From the NCBI RefSeq assembly GCF_001194135.2, contig NC_068984.1:32865819-32929818 (forward strand): a stretch of DNA of 64,000 nt. The letters are read 5' to 3'. This document shows, piece after piece, positions 25,938-39,560 of this stretch. Below the pieces are notes generated by a model. The model did no database searches. It had not been told where the DNA came from and was given only the letters and a program-made list of their open reading frames with translations. The position numbers and the translations under genes were made by a program. The DNA comes from Octopus bimaculoides (lineage: Eukaryota). The stretch's first letter is position 1. Each line of letters begins with the position of its first letter.

Positions 25938-25960
25938 AAAATAANNNNNNNNNNATTGAC

Positions 25961-26096
25961 GGGTTCCTTTCAGTTTCCCTCTACCAAATCCTCTGAAAAC
26001 GCTTTGGTCAGACCAAGGCTATAGTAAAATGACACTTGCCTCAGGTAACACGCACTGGGACTGAACCCAGAGCCATGTGTTTGGAAAGCAGGCTAT
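25961..26096 (-). mobile_element. tRNA-derived SINE, family A
   Basis: CAGTTTCCCTCTACCAAATCC..GGCTATAGTAAAATGACACTTGCC..GGGACTGAACCC is the reverse complement of 57763-57925. Confidence 0.85.
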
Positions 26097-26454
26097 TTTA
26101 TTTCATAAACTGGCTATGGAAGCCGTACATAGATGTGACAAAGCCAGACAGGCATAGAGGGTGAAGAATGAAACAGTTTTGGATGATAAAATATGTCATG
26201 CTCTTAAAAATTATAGCTTTTCTTTCCTTTTACAACTTTCAATATAAACTTGATGATGATTACAAATTTTGCAATGTGTGACTGAAGGAAATGCATTCAA
26301 CTGCCTGGTTCGAACCTTTCCTTTTCCTTCTGTCCCCACTTACCTGGTTCCAGTCACACACAACTTGTTCGCAACTTGCTGCCATATTTTCGCGAACATA
26401 CACTGTGACAGGTATCGCTTCTCCGGCTCGATCTTGCTATCGAGGTGGTAACTA

Positions 26455-26830
26455 AAGAAGTTAACCAACCCCTTTGACTATGTGTATATCAGAGTTATGG
26501 GCCGAAAATAACTTATGATATTCCTCTTGCTTTATTCCTTTCTTGTCAACGTCTCCAACCATCGGTTCGCAGATCTGGGAATTCTACCATTCTGCTGCTA
26601 GGTTGCGTAGACGCTGGGCAGAAGGTGCCCGAGCAAGTCTGGCATACCTTTGTAAAACTCATAGGGTAGACCATCAAGACCTGGCGACTTTTCCCCGGGG
26701 CACTCGGATAGCGCCGCGATCAACTCCGCAGCTGTTGCTTGGCCCCCTCGAATTTCCCCAGCTGTTGCTTGGCCGCTTGAATTTCCTTACCGGAAAAACA
26801 CGTAGTTCGTGAGGTCGTCGCAGCAGAATT
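26455..26830 (-). mobile_element. L1/Tx1-clade LINE RT N-terminal fragment
   Basis: TAAELIAALSECPGEKSPGLDGLPYEFYKGMPDLLGHLL..NGRIPRS..FRPITLIYT; includes a ~29-bp tandem duplication near 26727-26785. Confidence 0.88.
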
Positions 26831-29068
26831 AAATTCAAAAAGAAAAGCTGGAATATGAACGATATCCATAAAGTACATGCATTTGATGTATTGTAACATG
26901 CACTCGAACCATTAACATCAAACCCTTCTATGCTTAAGTCAAAGGTATTTACCCCGGTTTGATAGAAACTGAATACACTATCTTCAAATACTGGGTGTGA
27001 GAACTTACATTCGATTCGTTATCACAAAAATAAACCAACTGGAATTCTCTTTTAACGTACTACTGGGCCGAATGATTGTGGTAGTAAATAACTACAAGCG
27101 GAGTGATTGTGGAATTAAATTATGGACATTCACTCTAGTTCTGTTCTCAATGTGGATGATAAATTAGACCTAACGCTGATAGGTTTGAGGAGGTGTGAAT
27201 TTAGTCGATTAAATTCCATATCAGCACGCTTGCTTTGCTTTTTGATCCTATATGTGGGAGGGGGCTTCTGAGAGCTTAGCCAATAACCTACAACAAACGG
27301 TATCTAGGGATATTGTATCTAACTAGTGATGCTTCGTTGGACGGAGAATTTGGTCTACCACCTAAGAACATAGCGTGATATTTGCAGAACTACAATGCCT
27401 TATACGCTAAATCATCATATTCAGACGTTCAAAGTCAATTTTCTCTAACATAAATCTTTCTCAGTTAATTTGGATCTAATTTTAATTAAACGTTACTTTC
27501 CAAATTTTAAGCATGTGTAGCTCCAAAATAATTTAAATATATTTTTATTCAAAAGGTGTTCCGTGATTATTTTATTGCTTCCTTCTTTTAAATTGACATT
27601 TTTATTTTATTCTCGCCAAATCGTGAATTTCATTCTCCCCATATCGTTAAATTCGCAGCTTTCTATGATCTAAGTAATTTTGAGTCTCTATTTCACTGTG
27701 GTGAACTAACACGATTAAAACATGCCCGAATTGTTACTTCACCAGAGAATAGATTCACCTCCACTGTATGTGGCTTCATTAACTTTGGTTTCTGAGTTAT
27801 TGCCCTTGACATAATTGATCAGAATTATCTAAGAAAGCTGAAATTTCTTTATTCACTACAGCTGTAATTTTGATGAATTAACGTTGTTTTAGGTCACTAT
27901 ATGAAGTGTGTGCTATCTTTGAATAATTTACGTCCTTAATAACTTACACTGGAAAATCTAATGGGATTTTATACTTGTTTGCCATAGTAATATAACGAGG
28001 TTCACATATATATGTATATATTTTATTATTGTTTTGTAGTTCCATTTGAGTGAAACGTATATTAGAAATGACTGCCAGGGACAGAAAACAAGGAAGAAGA
28101 GAAGAAATAGGGAGCCTGGCGTATTGCATATATGTATGCTTGGATATATGCTCGTATGTATGTACTTATGCAAATATAATTGCCTCTGTACGTATGCAGG
28201 ACACTATTTGTTTCATAAGGATATGTTATTTTACGTTTGACTTTGCAAAGTTAGTTCCTGATGTATCTGTGTCTATATAGATGCGATTTTTCTCCCTTTT
28301 TTAATGCTTATATCTCCGCTTCTATATTAGTGGGGGTGTGTCTGTCTCCTTGTGTGCGTAGGTGTATATGTATGTATATTTAGTAGTTTGCCGTGAGTGT
28401 GCTGCGAGCAGGTGTGTTTCTAGTGTCCTTGTATAGCGTAGTGTATGTGCGAGTAAGTGTGTACGTGTACGTATGCTTATGCTATTTGATAGTGCTGAAT
28501 GTAAGTGTATACTTACATTGTATATGTGTATGTAACAGTGATGTGACAGACCACGCATCGCGTAGATATGCTACTGCACTGAAGTATTTATTAACATGTG
28601 TACGTATTTCTGCAGGTATACATGCATGATTTTGTAGTTATTTTCAGATTACTCCTGCTGTTTTACTCTATTTGAGTATTTTTATCATTTGTTGTTGTGT
28701 ATATATGATTTTTTTTCCTTTGGGTGTCTATGTGTGTTGATGTTTAATAGCATGATGATTTGGGCGATTGTGTAAGTGTCATTTACGATGCAGAAAGGTG
28801 GAGTGTGTTTTTTTCTGAATTTATGTAAATGGTGATTTGGGTGTAGTATGTGCTATTATCTTTTACAAAATAAATTTGTTTCCTATGTTTTCTGGATGTA
28901 TGTGTGGCGGCATTGTGACTGTGCAAGGATAGCAGAGATAAGCTCAAGTTATGTTGCGTATACGGTGTTTGCATGCATACACAAAGATATATGTAATTGT
29001 TTTAAAACTACACGCGTGTTTCATTTGAATGTTTAATGTACGTGGTTACTGTGAGTATACATATTTAG

Positions 29069-29121
<53 letters not shown>

Positions 29122-32100
29122 TGCATGTATGTATATGTATACACACATACACACACTCGCACACTCTCACAAACTGATACGTACACATACACACACACAC
29201 ACGCGCATATATGTACATTCACATGTATGTGTGTGTGCATGTGAATTTGTGAGGGTGGATTTGCGTCTGAAAGTTAGTGTACGTTTGCTTCTTTAGTAGA
29301 ATAAACGCACACGCACACACACACACGCGCACACACGAAAATGCATGCACACACACGCACACACATTTGTATTTATGGGACCGTATATAAATATGAAGGA
29401 TATCTACTGCTTAGAAAAAGAATATCTGCAAAACAAAATTGAAGTATATTGTCTTAAAAATTATTATATTGATTCTCTATTGCAATAAAAGTTTTCCATT
29501 TTTTCCATTAACAACGGCAATCTGAATACATATTCTGATTTTATGGCTGGCAAGAGATGGGTGAGGGAGAGAATAAAAAGTGGATGTCAGATGAAGGAGA
29601 GCGGAGGTGAATGAGTAGAAATTTATCGTTGTTGCATAGCCCCCACATACCTGTATTGTGCAGACCGATGTCCAGTAGCATCAGACATGTTCTGTGTTAT
29701 TAAAATACATAGAAGAGATGTTCCGTACTGCCAAAATATATTGTATAATGAAATATTGATAATGCTGCAAAGTGTAATGATGTTTGTGATACAAATGGTA
29801 AAATGTATATTTTACGGAAGAAAATGCGCATGATGTGATCCATGTAACTACTTGACACTATTTTCGGTGTTGCCCCCCAGAATGATTTCAGAAACCAAAC
29901 ATTATTGGCTTTAATCCTAATGAGTTATTTGATATAAGTATGATAGCATTGTTACGCCGTTATCTCCGATAAATTATTATATTACGATTCTTAGAAAATT
30001 GACCTTAACTTTATAATTAAGGACGAAATATTTCTTAATGTTAGAAATAAAATCCAGTTAATTAAAACTAACTGGTGAAAAAACAGGAATAACAAAATAA
30101 TGAACATATTTCATTGATTGCAACAAGTGACTCGAGTATAATTATCACTGAAGTAGAGAATACAGTTTACAAGTTATTTTAGACGAGCAGTCATTACTGC
30201 GCAGTCCTTATCGGCAATTTCTTTACAGTGATCAATCCGTGACAAGCAAAGCAGTCTGTTTTCAGTTAGTCGCTAAAGTGTCACAATGCCTTCAATTAGG
30301 AGAAAGGTTATAACTACTTTAAGAAGTATTATTTTCTTGAACACAGTAATACATTCGATAGCCTGCCACATACTGTTGAGCTGCTATTATGTCTCCTAAT
30401 GAAGTCCTTCTAGATTTATGGATGCGCTGCCCTCTTTGATCTAGTTTAATATTTAGAATTGGTACTAATAGATAATGTGCATAGGTGAGTTCACACCTTT
30501 CCAATCGGTTAGCGCATCAGATTAAACGATGGTTAATTCTTTTGTATCCTGTCACTCATTACAGGTTCACAACTTTTGCTCTATAATTAATGATATTTTA
30601 TTTTCATTGGTTTAGGTCACCTGAAATAATGATTCAAAACAACATTCTACTTCAAATAATGAAATAACAATAAAATAAAATAAAAATGAGATTATAGAAC
30701 ATATTTTAATATCGTGTAATTGGCGAGTCAATTCTGCAAGAATGTTATCCATTACATGTCGCTATATTTCTGTCATTTCATTGGGTTTTCAGGTTCCACG
30801 TGATGACCTGTGTCCATCATACATTAAAATAGCAATGTAGAGACAGCTATGGCTAAAGATTATAAAGAGATGAAATAATAAAATATTAGGAAAGGTTAAA
30901 TCACATTTATAATGATATGCTATTGAACAACATCAGCCTGAGGTAGAGTGTAACACACTGTTAACCAGAAAGCTTGTCAATTAATTTTCTTCTTTTTCTT
31001 TTTTTCTGTAAATTCTATTTCAGAAAAACAAGATTTCACTAAAATATATAAAGTGTGAATCCAGATAATAAATATTCTGAAAATGAAACCATCTTCTAAT
31101 CTAAAAGTCTTTGGAAATTACATTTTTCAATTCAAGATATTCTTTCAGAGATTAATTTCTCTAATCTACTATATTTAGATACTGCTCAGTTTCCAATCTT
31201 TGTTTATTGAATATGTCTAGACTTTATCATAAGCTCATCAAATATCTTTAGAAAGTGCAACATATTTAATTTTACTTCATTTCTTGAACACGCCTCTGAC
31301 TTTTTGCTATCTTTTAGATTTTGTACTTAACGTAACAGTTATAAGGACAGTTTGTTGAAAAGTAGTTGCAATGAGCGAACGCCGACCGATACGCCGCACT
31401 TTCGAAGATTTATTTATGCGCTAACAGAAATACGCTGAACATAACTACAGAAACTTCGGAAAATATAACATTTTGTTTGTAGACAAACAACGTGCTGGCC
31501 GTAATGTCACTGAAGTGCAGTCGTTCCAAGCTAAACCTACAAACTACACATAAAATGGCTCTACGCGTACTAAAATCATAGTTCAAAATCATCATTTATT
31601 AAAAAAAAAATTAGAACAAGGCTAAAAGTAATTCGGTAAAACATTTCTTCTGTAATTACAATTATACTTCTGGGAATATCACGTTGTATTATGTAATCCC
31701 AGGCGAGAGTACGTTCTAGAATTTCAGGGGTAATCAACAGATTATAGCCTAAGTATATTTGGTAAATTCATATTTATCTATTTAAAACCATTATGCATTA
31801 AACGCAAATTCAGCCTGATTTAAAAGGTGACTTTTATCGCACAGAGATCGATAAAATGCGTATCAATAGTGTATTCTGATTGGATGAATCGGCTATACCT
31901 TTCTCTACCCATTTGTTACCTACTACTTAAGCAAGAAATCAATATTAGAAGTAATGAAATCAGGAAATAATTCGAAGTCGACTAAATTAATATTTCACAG
32001 TAAGAAATACGAAATCTGAATATAGATGTGCGCATCGAAAATTACATCACATTATACGGAGCACAATAAGACTAATTAAATGTCTGCTGTACTATTTAAG

Positions 32101-32209
32101 ACGGTAAAAATATCTCTTAGGCAGTATCTTTTTCGTCTCCAATAGGTATATAGAGACACAGCGTATCAGTACTTCTGGCTTCATAACTCTGACTAACTGT
32201 CTCCAAGCA

Positions 32210-32246
<37 letters not shown>

Positions 32247-33004
32247 CCATACACACACACACAGAGAAACACACACACACAAACATACACATACGCACAT
32301 GACTCCAAGCACACACTTAAAAAACATGCCACCCTCTCTCTCCCCCTCCATCTCTTTGTATATATATATNNNNNNNNNNNNNNNNNNNNNNNNNNNNNNN
32401 NNNNNNNNNNNNNNNNNNNNNNNNNNNNNNNNNNNNNNNNNNNNNNNNNNNNNNNNNNNNNNNNNNNNNNNNNNNNNNNNNNNNNNNNNNNNNNNNNNNN
32501 NNNNNNNNNNNNNNNNNNNNNNNNNNNNNNNNNNNNNNNNNNNNNNNNNNNNNNNNNNNNNNNNNNNNNNNNNNNNNNNNNNNNNNNNNNNNNNNNNNNN
32601 NNNNNNNNNNNNNNNNNNNNNNNNNNNNNNNNNNNNNNNNNNNNNNNNNNNNNNNNNNNNNNNNNNNNNNNNNNNNNNNNNNNNNNNNNNNNNNNNNNNN
32701 NNNNNNNNNNNNNNNNNNNNNNNNNNNNNNNNNNNNNNNNNNNNNNNNNNNNNNNNNNNNNNNNNNNNNNNNNNNNNNNNNNNNNNNNNNNNNNNNNNNN
32801 NNNNNNNNNNNNNNNNNNNNNNNNNNNNNNNNNNNNNNNNNNNNNNNNNNNNNNNNNNNNNNNNNNNNNNNNNNNNNNNNNNNNNNNNNNNNNNNNNNNN
32901 NNNNNNNNNNNNNNNNNNNNNNNNNNNNNNNNNCAAGCATATTTGAACTAGTAACAAGTCTATATTTATATTTATTTCCGCTTAGCACTTTCGTGCTGTA
33001 TATG

Positions 33005-33132
<128 letters not shown>

Positions 33133-33442
33133 TGCATGTGCCTGGTGTACCCATATCAGACGGGTAGTCATGATGGGTCTAATGGACTTCGCATATTTTA
33201 CCCCAATGTGACTTTGATAGCATGCACTACGCTCTCACTCAATAATAATAATATCATTATAATAATATCATTATTAGTGTTATACTTAATTTTCAGAGCT
33301 GTCGATCTTACTTGCTCCAGTTAATTCTGTGACAGTTGACAGCAACCTCTTTGCGAAGGTCTTACAAGGCGTCAGGGTCTGTTTCTACGAATTATCAGAC
33401 TTTGTTCGTAGATGTTAAGTATGATGAAAGAGACATAACACC

Positions 33443-33621
33443 ATGCTCAGCGGCATTTCGGTCCGTTTTACGTTCTGAGTTCAAACTCCTCCGGGTTCGA
33501 ATTTATTTTTCATCCTTTCAGAGTCTATAAAATAATTGCCAGTTGAGCATTGGGGTCGATGTAATCGATTTACACCTCACCTGAAACTGTTGTTCTTGTG
33601 CGAAAATTGGGAACCATTATT
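33443..33621 (+). mobile_element. Family D SINE, 5'-truncated
   Basis: ATGCTCAGCGGCATTTCG..GAGTTCAAAC..TTTCATCCTTTC..CCAGTTGAGCATTGGGGTCGATGTAATCG. Confidence 0.85.
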
Positions 33622-34094
33622 TTGTCATTTTCATTTAGAACATTTTCAGAATTTTTTTGATATTTTAGATAGTATTTAGCTGAAGGAAGTTAATATTTGT
33701 TGAACGTGTATAAGGAAAATACAGAGAAAATACGTAGCTATTGGAACAACTGATTCAGAAATCGAAGTTTACAGATTGTTTATTTTATGAAATACATATT
33801 TTGTATTTATTTAAAATTAATTTGAATATTTGCATATCCACAAAATATCAGTAATGAAATGAGTACAAATAAGAATTTGAAACGGTTGTGTCAAACCTAA
33901 TTTTAATATTAAAAGAATGCACTTTGTGTGTTTACATACAAGTATGTATTTACGAATTTATGCATGTATGTGTGCATGTATATATATATATAAACATATA
34001 CATATATTTATTATATGTACAGACACGTGTATACACACACACCCATCTCCATGGCTATAGCTATTCATCCACACATACACAAATATATATATTG

Positions 34095-34191
<97 letters not shown>

Positions 34192-35359
34192 ATAATATAA
34201 TATAGGATAAAATCTTTATAATAATTTATCAAGTAGTCAGCGTGAAAAAAAACCTCATAATGAAAAACATCTCATCATTTTTTCCCATAAATATATATAA
34301 TTTATATAAGGAAATTAACTATATAGTAATGCCTCACGCTCAGAGGTACTAAATAAGTCAAAAACTACCAAACAATAAGCAACATATTTACCGAAAGCGA
34401 GGAAATGCAGCTTTCAAAATTAATCTCTTAAAAACATTTAACTTAACGGTAAACCACNNNNNNNNNNNNNNNNNNNNNNNNNNNNNNNNNNNNNNNNNNN
34501 NNNNNNNNNNNNNNNNNNNNNNNNNNNNNNNNNNNNNNNNNNNNNNNNNNNNNNNNNNNNNNNNNNNNNNNNNNNNNNNNNNNNNNNNNNNNNNNNNNNN
34601 NNNNNNNNNNNNNNNNNNNNNNNNNNNNNNNNNNNNNNNNNNNNNNNNNNNNNNNNNNNNNNNNNNNNNNNNNNNNNNNNNNNNNNNNNNNNNNNNNNNN
34701 NNNNNNNNNNNNNNNNNNNNNNNNNNNNNNNNNNNNNNNNNNNNNNNNNNNNNNNNNNNNNNNNNNNNNNNNNNNNNNNNNNNNNNNNNNNNNNNNNNNN
34801 NNNNNNNNNNNNNNNNNNNNNNNNNNNNNNNNNNNNNNNNNNNNNNNNNNNNNNNNNNNNNNNNNNNNNNNNNNNNNNNNNNNNNNNNNNNNNNNNNNNN
34901 NNNNNNNNNNNNNNNNNNNNNNNNNNNNNNNNNNNNNNNNNNNNNNNNNNNNNNNNNNNNNNNNNNNNNNNNNNNNNNNNNNNNNNNNNNNNNNNNNNNN
35001 NNNNNNNNNNNNNNNNNNNNNNNNNNNNNNNNNNNNNNNNNNNNNNNNNNNNNNNNNNNNNNNNNNNNNNNNNNNNNNNNNNNNNNNNNNNNNNNNNNNN
35101 NNNNNNNNNNNNNNNNNNNNNNNNNNNNNNNNNNNNNNNNNNNNNNNNNNNNNNNNNNNNNNNNNNNNNNNNNNNNNNNNNNNNNNNNNNNNNNNNNNNN
35201 NNNNNNNNNNNNNNNNNNNNNNNNNNNNNNNNNNNNNNNNNNNNNNNNNNNNNNNNNNNNNNNNNNNNNNNNNNNNNNNNNNNNNNNNNNNNNNNNNNNN
35301 NNNNNNNNNNNNNNNNNNNNNNNNNNNNNNNNNNNNNNNNNNNNNNNNNNNNNNNNNNA

Positions 35360-35501
35360 TTGCTATTATCACCATCATTATTATTAGCAATACACATCCA
35401 ATAAAAACAGAAACCATGGGTCAACTATGAAAATTAGATTTGAATGGTTTCTGTTTTTTTGGGATGTGTATTGCTAATAATAATGATGGTGATGATAGCA
35501 A
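35360..35501. repeat. Inverted repeat, 58-bp arms, 26-nt spacer
   Basis: 35360-35417 vs 35444-35501: 3 mismatches; the left arm starts at the edge of the 34458-35358 gap. Confidence 0.95.
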
Positions 35502-37814
35502 AAATAACGGGACCCTGAGGAGATGGAGAAACCTATATTTTATAATATTTTATAATATTTTATGATATGTATTAATCATTCTGGATGTTCTATCGAAATG
35601 TACACAGGTCTATTTATTTGTTATTATTATCGTTATTGTTGTTGTAATAAAGTATTTTCAACGGATCAATTTTGAGCTCTATTTAAAGTTGATATATATT
35701 CAAAAACTCAACTGTGAGTTTTTTGCTAAGATTGTTAACAGATACTATATTTTTAACCAAATTTTTTAGTAAAAAATATATATTTAACATATATATATAT
35801 TTATATATATATACATACATACGTAAATACACACACACATATACATAAAAAACATGAATATACACATGTAAACACACACACACATGCACTCGAACCCACA
35901 AGAGCAAACAAGAGAGACAGAAACAAGCAGTAACAAGAAAATGCCACTTGTATTTGAACACTATACAAATATTCGCTTAAAAAACTTTTCTTTTAATTTT
36001 TCCAAAATTTAATTGTTTTCTGTAATTACAGTTGAAAAAGTCTGAATGACTGAAACCAGTACCGAAATGTTTTTTTTAAAATTATTTTTGCATTTTCTAC
36101 CGTATACACATGTACTTTAGTGTGAGTGTATATACGCACTCACGCACACCTGCACACATGTAGGAACATTCGTCCAAATTTTGATACTTTTCTTAGAATT
36201 AGAGAATATATAAATTTTAGGAATATCAATTTAAGGATTTATTTATATTTGGTTCACCTATCAAAATGTTTGAAATTTCCAGAATTACCAAAGAAAAAAC
36301 AAAAAAAAAAAACAAAATCTAGAAAAGTTGACGTTAGATTTCGAAGGTTTTTTTCTGCGATAAACAAAATTTTATAAATGTCCTAGTCACAGAATTACGC
36401 GTGTTCGTCCAGAAAGATAACATGCTCGTCACTATTACTAAATAATTAGAAAATAGCTATTATTTATTTATTTGTCTCACTTAAACGGCATTGTTGTAAA
36501 CAATATCTATATAATTGCCATTTAAGAACACGCAAAGTATGGAAGAAATAAAATCTAGTACTGAGAAAAATTACCATTGGTTCTGTCCCACATGAGTCGA
36601 TTAAGTAAGTGCGGTCAAATTATTCGATATATCTATTCAACAATATTCTGCCGTAAAAGTTGTGTTCATGAGTCTATCTTAGAAATCATTACTATTACCA
36701 TTAACACAAAAGAAGTTATAACTTTCAAATATTTATTGTTGAACGTTATAAGTATAGATCACACGCCCACACCTATACACAGAAACTAATTGAAAATAGA
36801 TTTCATTTAAAAAACAATTTGTTCTTATCATTTTAACATTACAATGAGGTGTTTTTAAAAAAAATAGTCGCGATTGAATTTTGATGTATTTCTATTTACA
36901 TATATGTACAGATTAAAAAAAGTGTAGATAACCTGAAAATATATATAATAAATAAACGGAAAATATATTTCATTTAAATAAATGTTATTATTTCAGAAAG
37001 AAAAAGAAGGTAAAGAAAAGAAAACAAATTACACTAAGTCTCCGTATATTTCTATGTTATTTTTATAGTACGAATATTTTCTTGAGCCAATATACTTTCA
37101 AAGAATGTGTTATACTTTCGATAAATTGTGCAGGATCTCATAAATATGATGACAATGAACCAACCAAAGCCCAGGAATCATTATCAATCTTTTCTTGTAA
37201 AAATTAATAAATATGTAGTATACAAGATTGTACTGTATAATGTCTCGGTTTAATATTAAATTGTTTTCATATAGAACTAAATATAGACAAAAACATTGAT
37301 ACACCTGTGTGCGGGTGTCTTGTGCGTATGTGCGTGTGTGTGTGTGTTCATCGTCTCCGCTCACTATTCTTTTCTGTGTTTTGAAGGTAGAATCCTCAGG
37401 CACCCCTCCATATGGCCATATGCGAAGCAGCCTCATTAAAATTTCCTACTGGATTCCCTAGTGCGACCAAGTGTGACTAATCTATTATTAGGTGTCCTAC
37501 TGACTGACACAGGTTTAATGTCACTCTCCTGTGACATTCTACTAACATGTCCATAGTACCGGATTTGTGGTATATCAATGCGGAGAAGAAGCGACTCAAT
37601 CTGCAAGCTACACACCTTGCCGAGTAAAGTTACTCAGGAGACAGACAGACAGACAAACAGACAGATTGATAGATAGATAGATAGATAGATGTATATATTT
37701 ACGTGTATAAATAGGTGTATATGTGTATATGTACATGTGGATCGATACCCACATTTTTCGGTAATGAATATTCTGTTGTTCTAGCAACTGGTCCTCTGCA
37801 TTTAGTGTTGATGA

Positions 37815-38085
37815 CAGCTAGTTTACATTGATAATGCTGCTGGTAATTTTGTGCGTATTTCTTTCCCATATTAGACTGGGCTAAATCGAAAAGTCGAATG
37901 CGTAATGACGCTTGTATGGTGCTCTGGAGATGTTTTGCATCATGACTCTAGAATTAAAGATGTTAGTTATTGGACACAGTGCAACAATTTTCTTTGGCCC
38001 ACTTATCACTTCACCGTCAGTGGCAATTAATATCTAGTATATTTAAGCTTGATATATAATGCAATCTATAATGATGTAATATACA
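37815..38085 (-). mobile_element. Decayed CR1-like LINE ORF2 linker segment (second copy)
   Basis: Homologous to ~39138-39410 (roughly 70-75% by eye); reads TDGEVISGPKKIVAL..IFNS, like DGxVxTDxxEKAELL..F.SVF. Confidence 0.6.
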
Positions 38086-38339
38086 CACTTATTACTTGAT
38101 ATATCGTGTAAATTCCGCATTCAAGCGCATCCCTAGCATAATTCTCATACAGTTTCATTGTTATCACAGTATGACAGTGTTACACTTTTGAGTTACAGGT
38201 ACAAGATGTCGGACAGGATTCTACATATTTCCCGTTATCCCAATTTCACCCACAACGTATTTTTATTGTTTTATTATTGTTGTTCTAGTTGCTGCGGTTG
38301 CTGTTGTTACTACTTTATTGTAGTTGTTACTGCTACTGC

Positions 38340-39560
38340 TCTGTGTTTAGTAACATCAAAACCAAACAAAAAAAAAGCAGTCTTGATCTTGCAAACTCAT
38401 GCTCAAAATCATTCTAGACGTGATCAAACATTTACACGAAACACTGGGACCACAAAGCTGCATTAATCAATGTATTTTCCCTCAGATGGTAGAATATAAT
38501 TTAAACGATTTCACTATGTAGTTGAACTAGCGACAACAAACGGTCAATTATTGACTTCCACATCGTGAAATTGATTGATATTCTCCATCGTTTTAATCAG
38601 ACTGGCTATTTTTGATGTGTAGATGGAGTCAGCTGTTTAATTTATTAATTTGTTGAATATATTTACCTATGATTCAATATTATACATCCCTGATTGATGA
38701 GTTAGTAAATGTTTATTTTCTATGTTCTTCCTATTGATATAACTGATACTTTGAGGCATTTATGTCTATGAAGTTTGTAAAATTGGCTTCACTTTCTTAA
38801 TTGATATGCGATAATTTTATGAAGCTCTAGAAGTCTTATAGCGTACAGATGGTAATATACACGAGAAGCTCTGTGCTAAAGAAATATAGTTCTGCACATC
38901 CGATACGCTTGTATTTATCTGATGGCGTTACAACAGAGTTCCACACAATGTGTTATACAGCTGTATAACATAGTTTTGTAGTTTGGACTTAAGTTTGGGC
39001 ATTCGCTGCCAAGTTTATTTTTTTCGTCTAAAATTCCATTATTATTCACAGCAGATCTATGCATGGAGCGTAGTTAGTCGTAATGTAACAAATGTTTCTC
39101 TTCTGTATTTACTACTGATGATCTAGCTCGTAGCACAATGCTAGTTGACATTGATAACGCTGCTGTTATTTTTGTGTGTGTTTCTTTTCCAAATTAGACT
39201 GGGCCAAGTTGAAAAGTCGAGTGTCTAATAATGTTTGTAAGGTGCTTGGTGATGTTTGTGACATGCCTCTAGACTCAAAGATGGAAGTTACTGGACAAGG
39301 TGCAACAATTCTTTCTGCCCCATTTATCACTTATTAGTCAATGGTAAATGATATTTAGTATATTTACGCGTGATATATAATGTAATCTTTGATGATGCAA
39401 AATACACAGTTTTCGGTCACCCAGGTGGGATCGGCATACTTCATGAAGGTCGACTATACAGTTTTAATGTAACTATTCATGTTCTTTGGTTGACAGAAAG
39501 GTCAAAATGTGTTTGCCTATCATTTTGTTATTCTGTAATATATCCCTCATTTGATAAGAA
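38340..39560 (-). mobile_element. Decayed CR1-like LINE ORF2 (linker to RT N-terminus)
   Basis: VINGAERI; KIASLIKTMENI (cf. PISLTS..KxMEKI); FYHLRENTLI; SCKCLI..LQDQD..FDVTK (cf. SC.TQL..LD..YLDFSKAFD); heavily mutated. Confidence 0.65.

Noticed and set aside
27750-27835. Possible minus-strand exon IILINYVKGNNSETKVNEATYSG
   Set aside because: Phase is incompatible with the 29.7/30.4-kb exon pair and the acceptor choice is ambiguous.
35970-36110. Similarity to ~47950-48120
   Set aside because: Real but very AT-rich and diverged; probably an old unclassified dispersed repeat, with no TIR or TSD found.
38951-38970. 20-bp perfect palindrome TGTTATACAGCTGTATAACA (also a 13-bp stem at 3251-3279 and a 26-bp palindrome at 42014-42039)
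   Set aside because: Short and AT-rich or low-complexity; no Helitron ends or other context to give them meaning.
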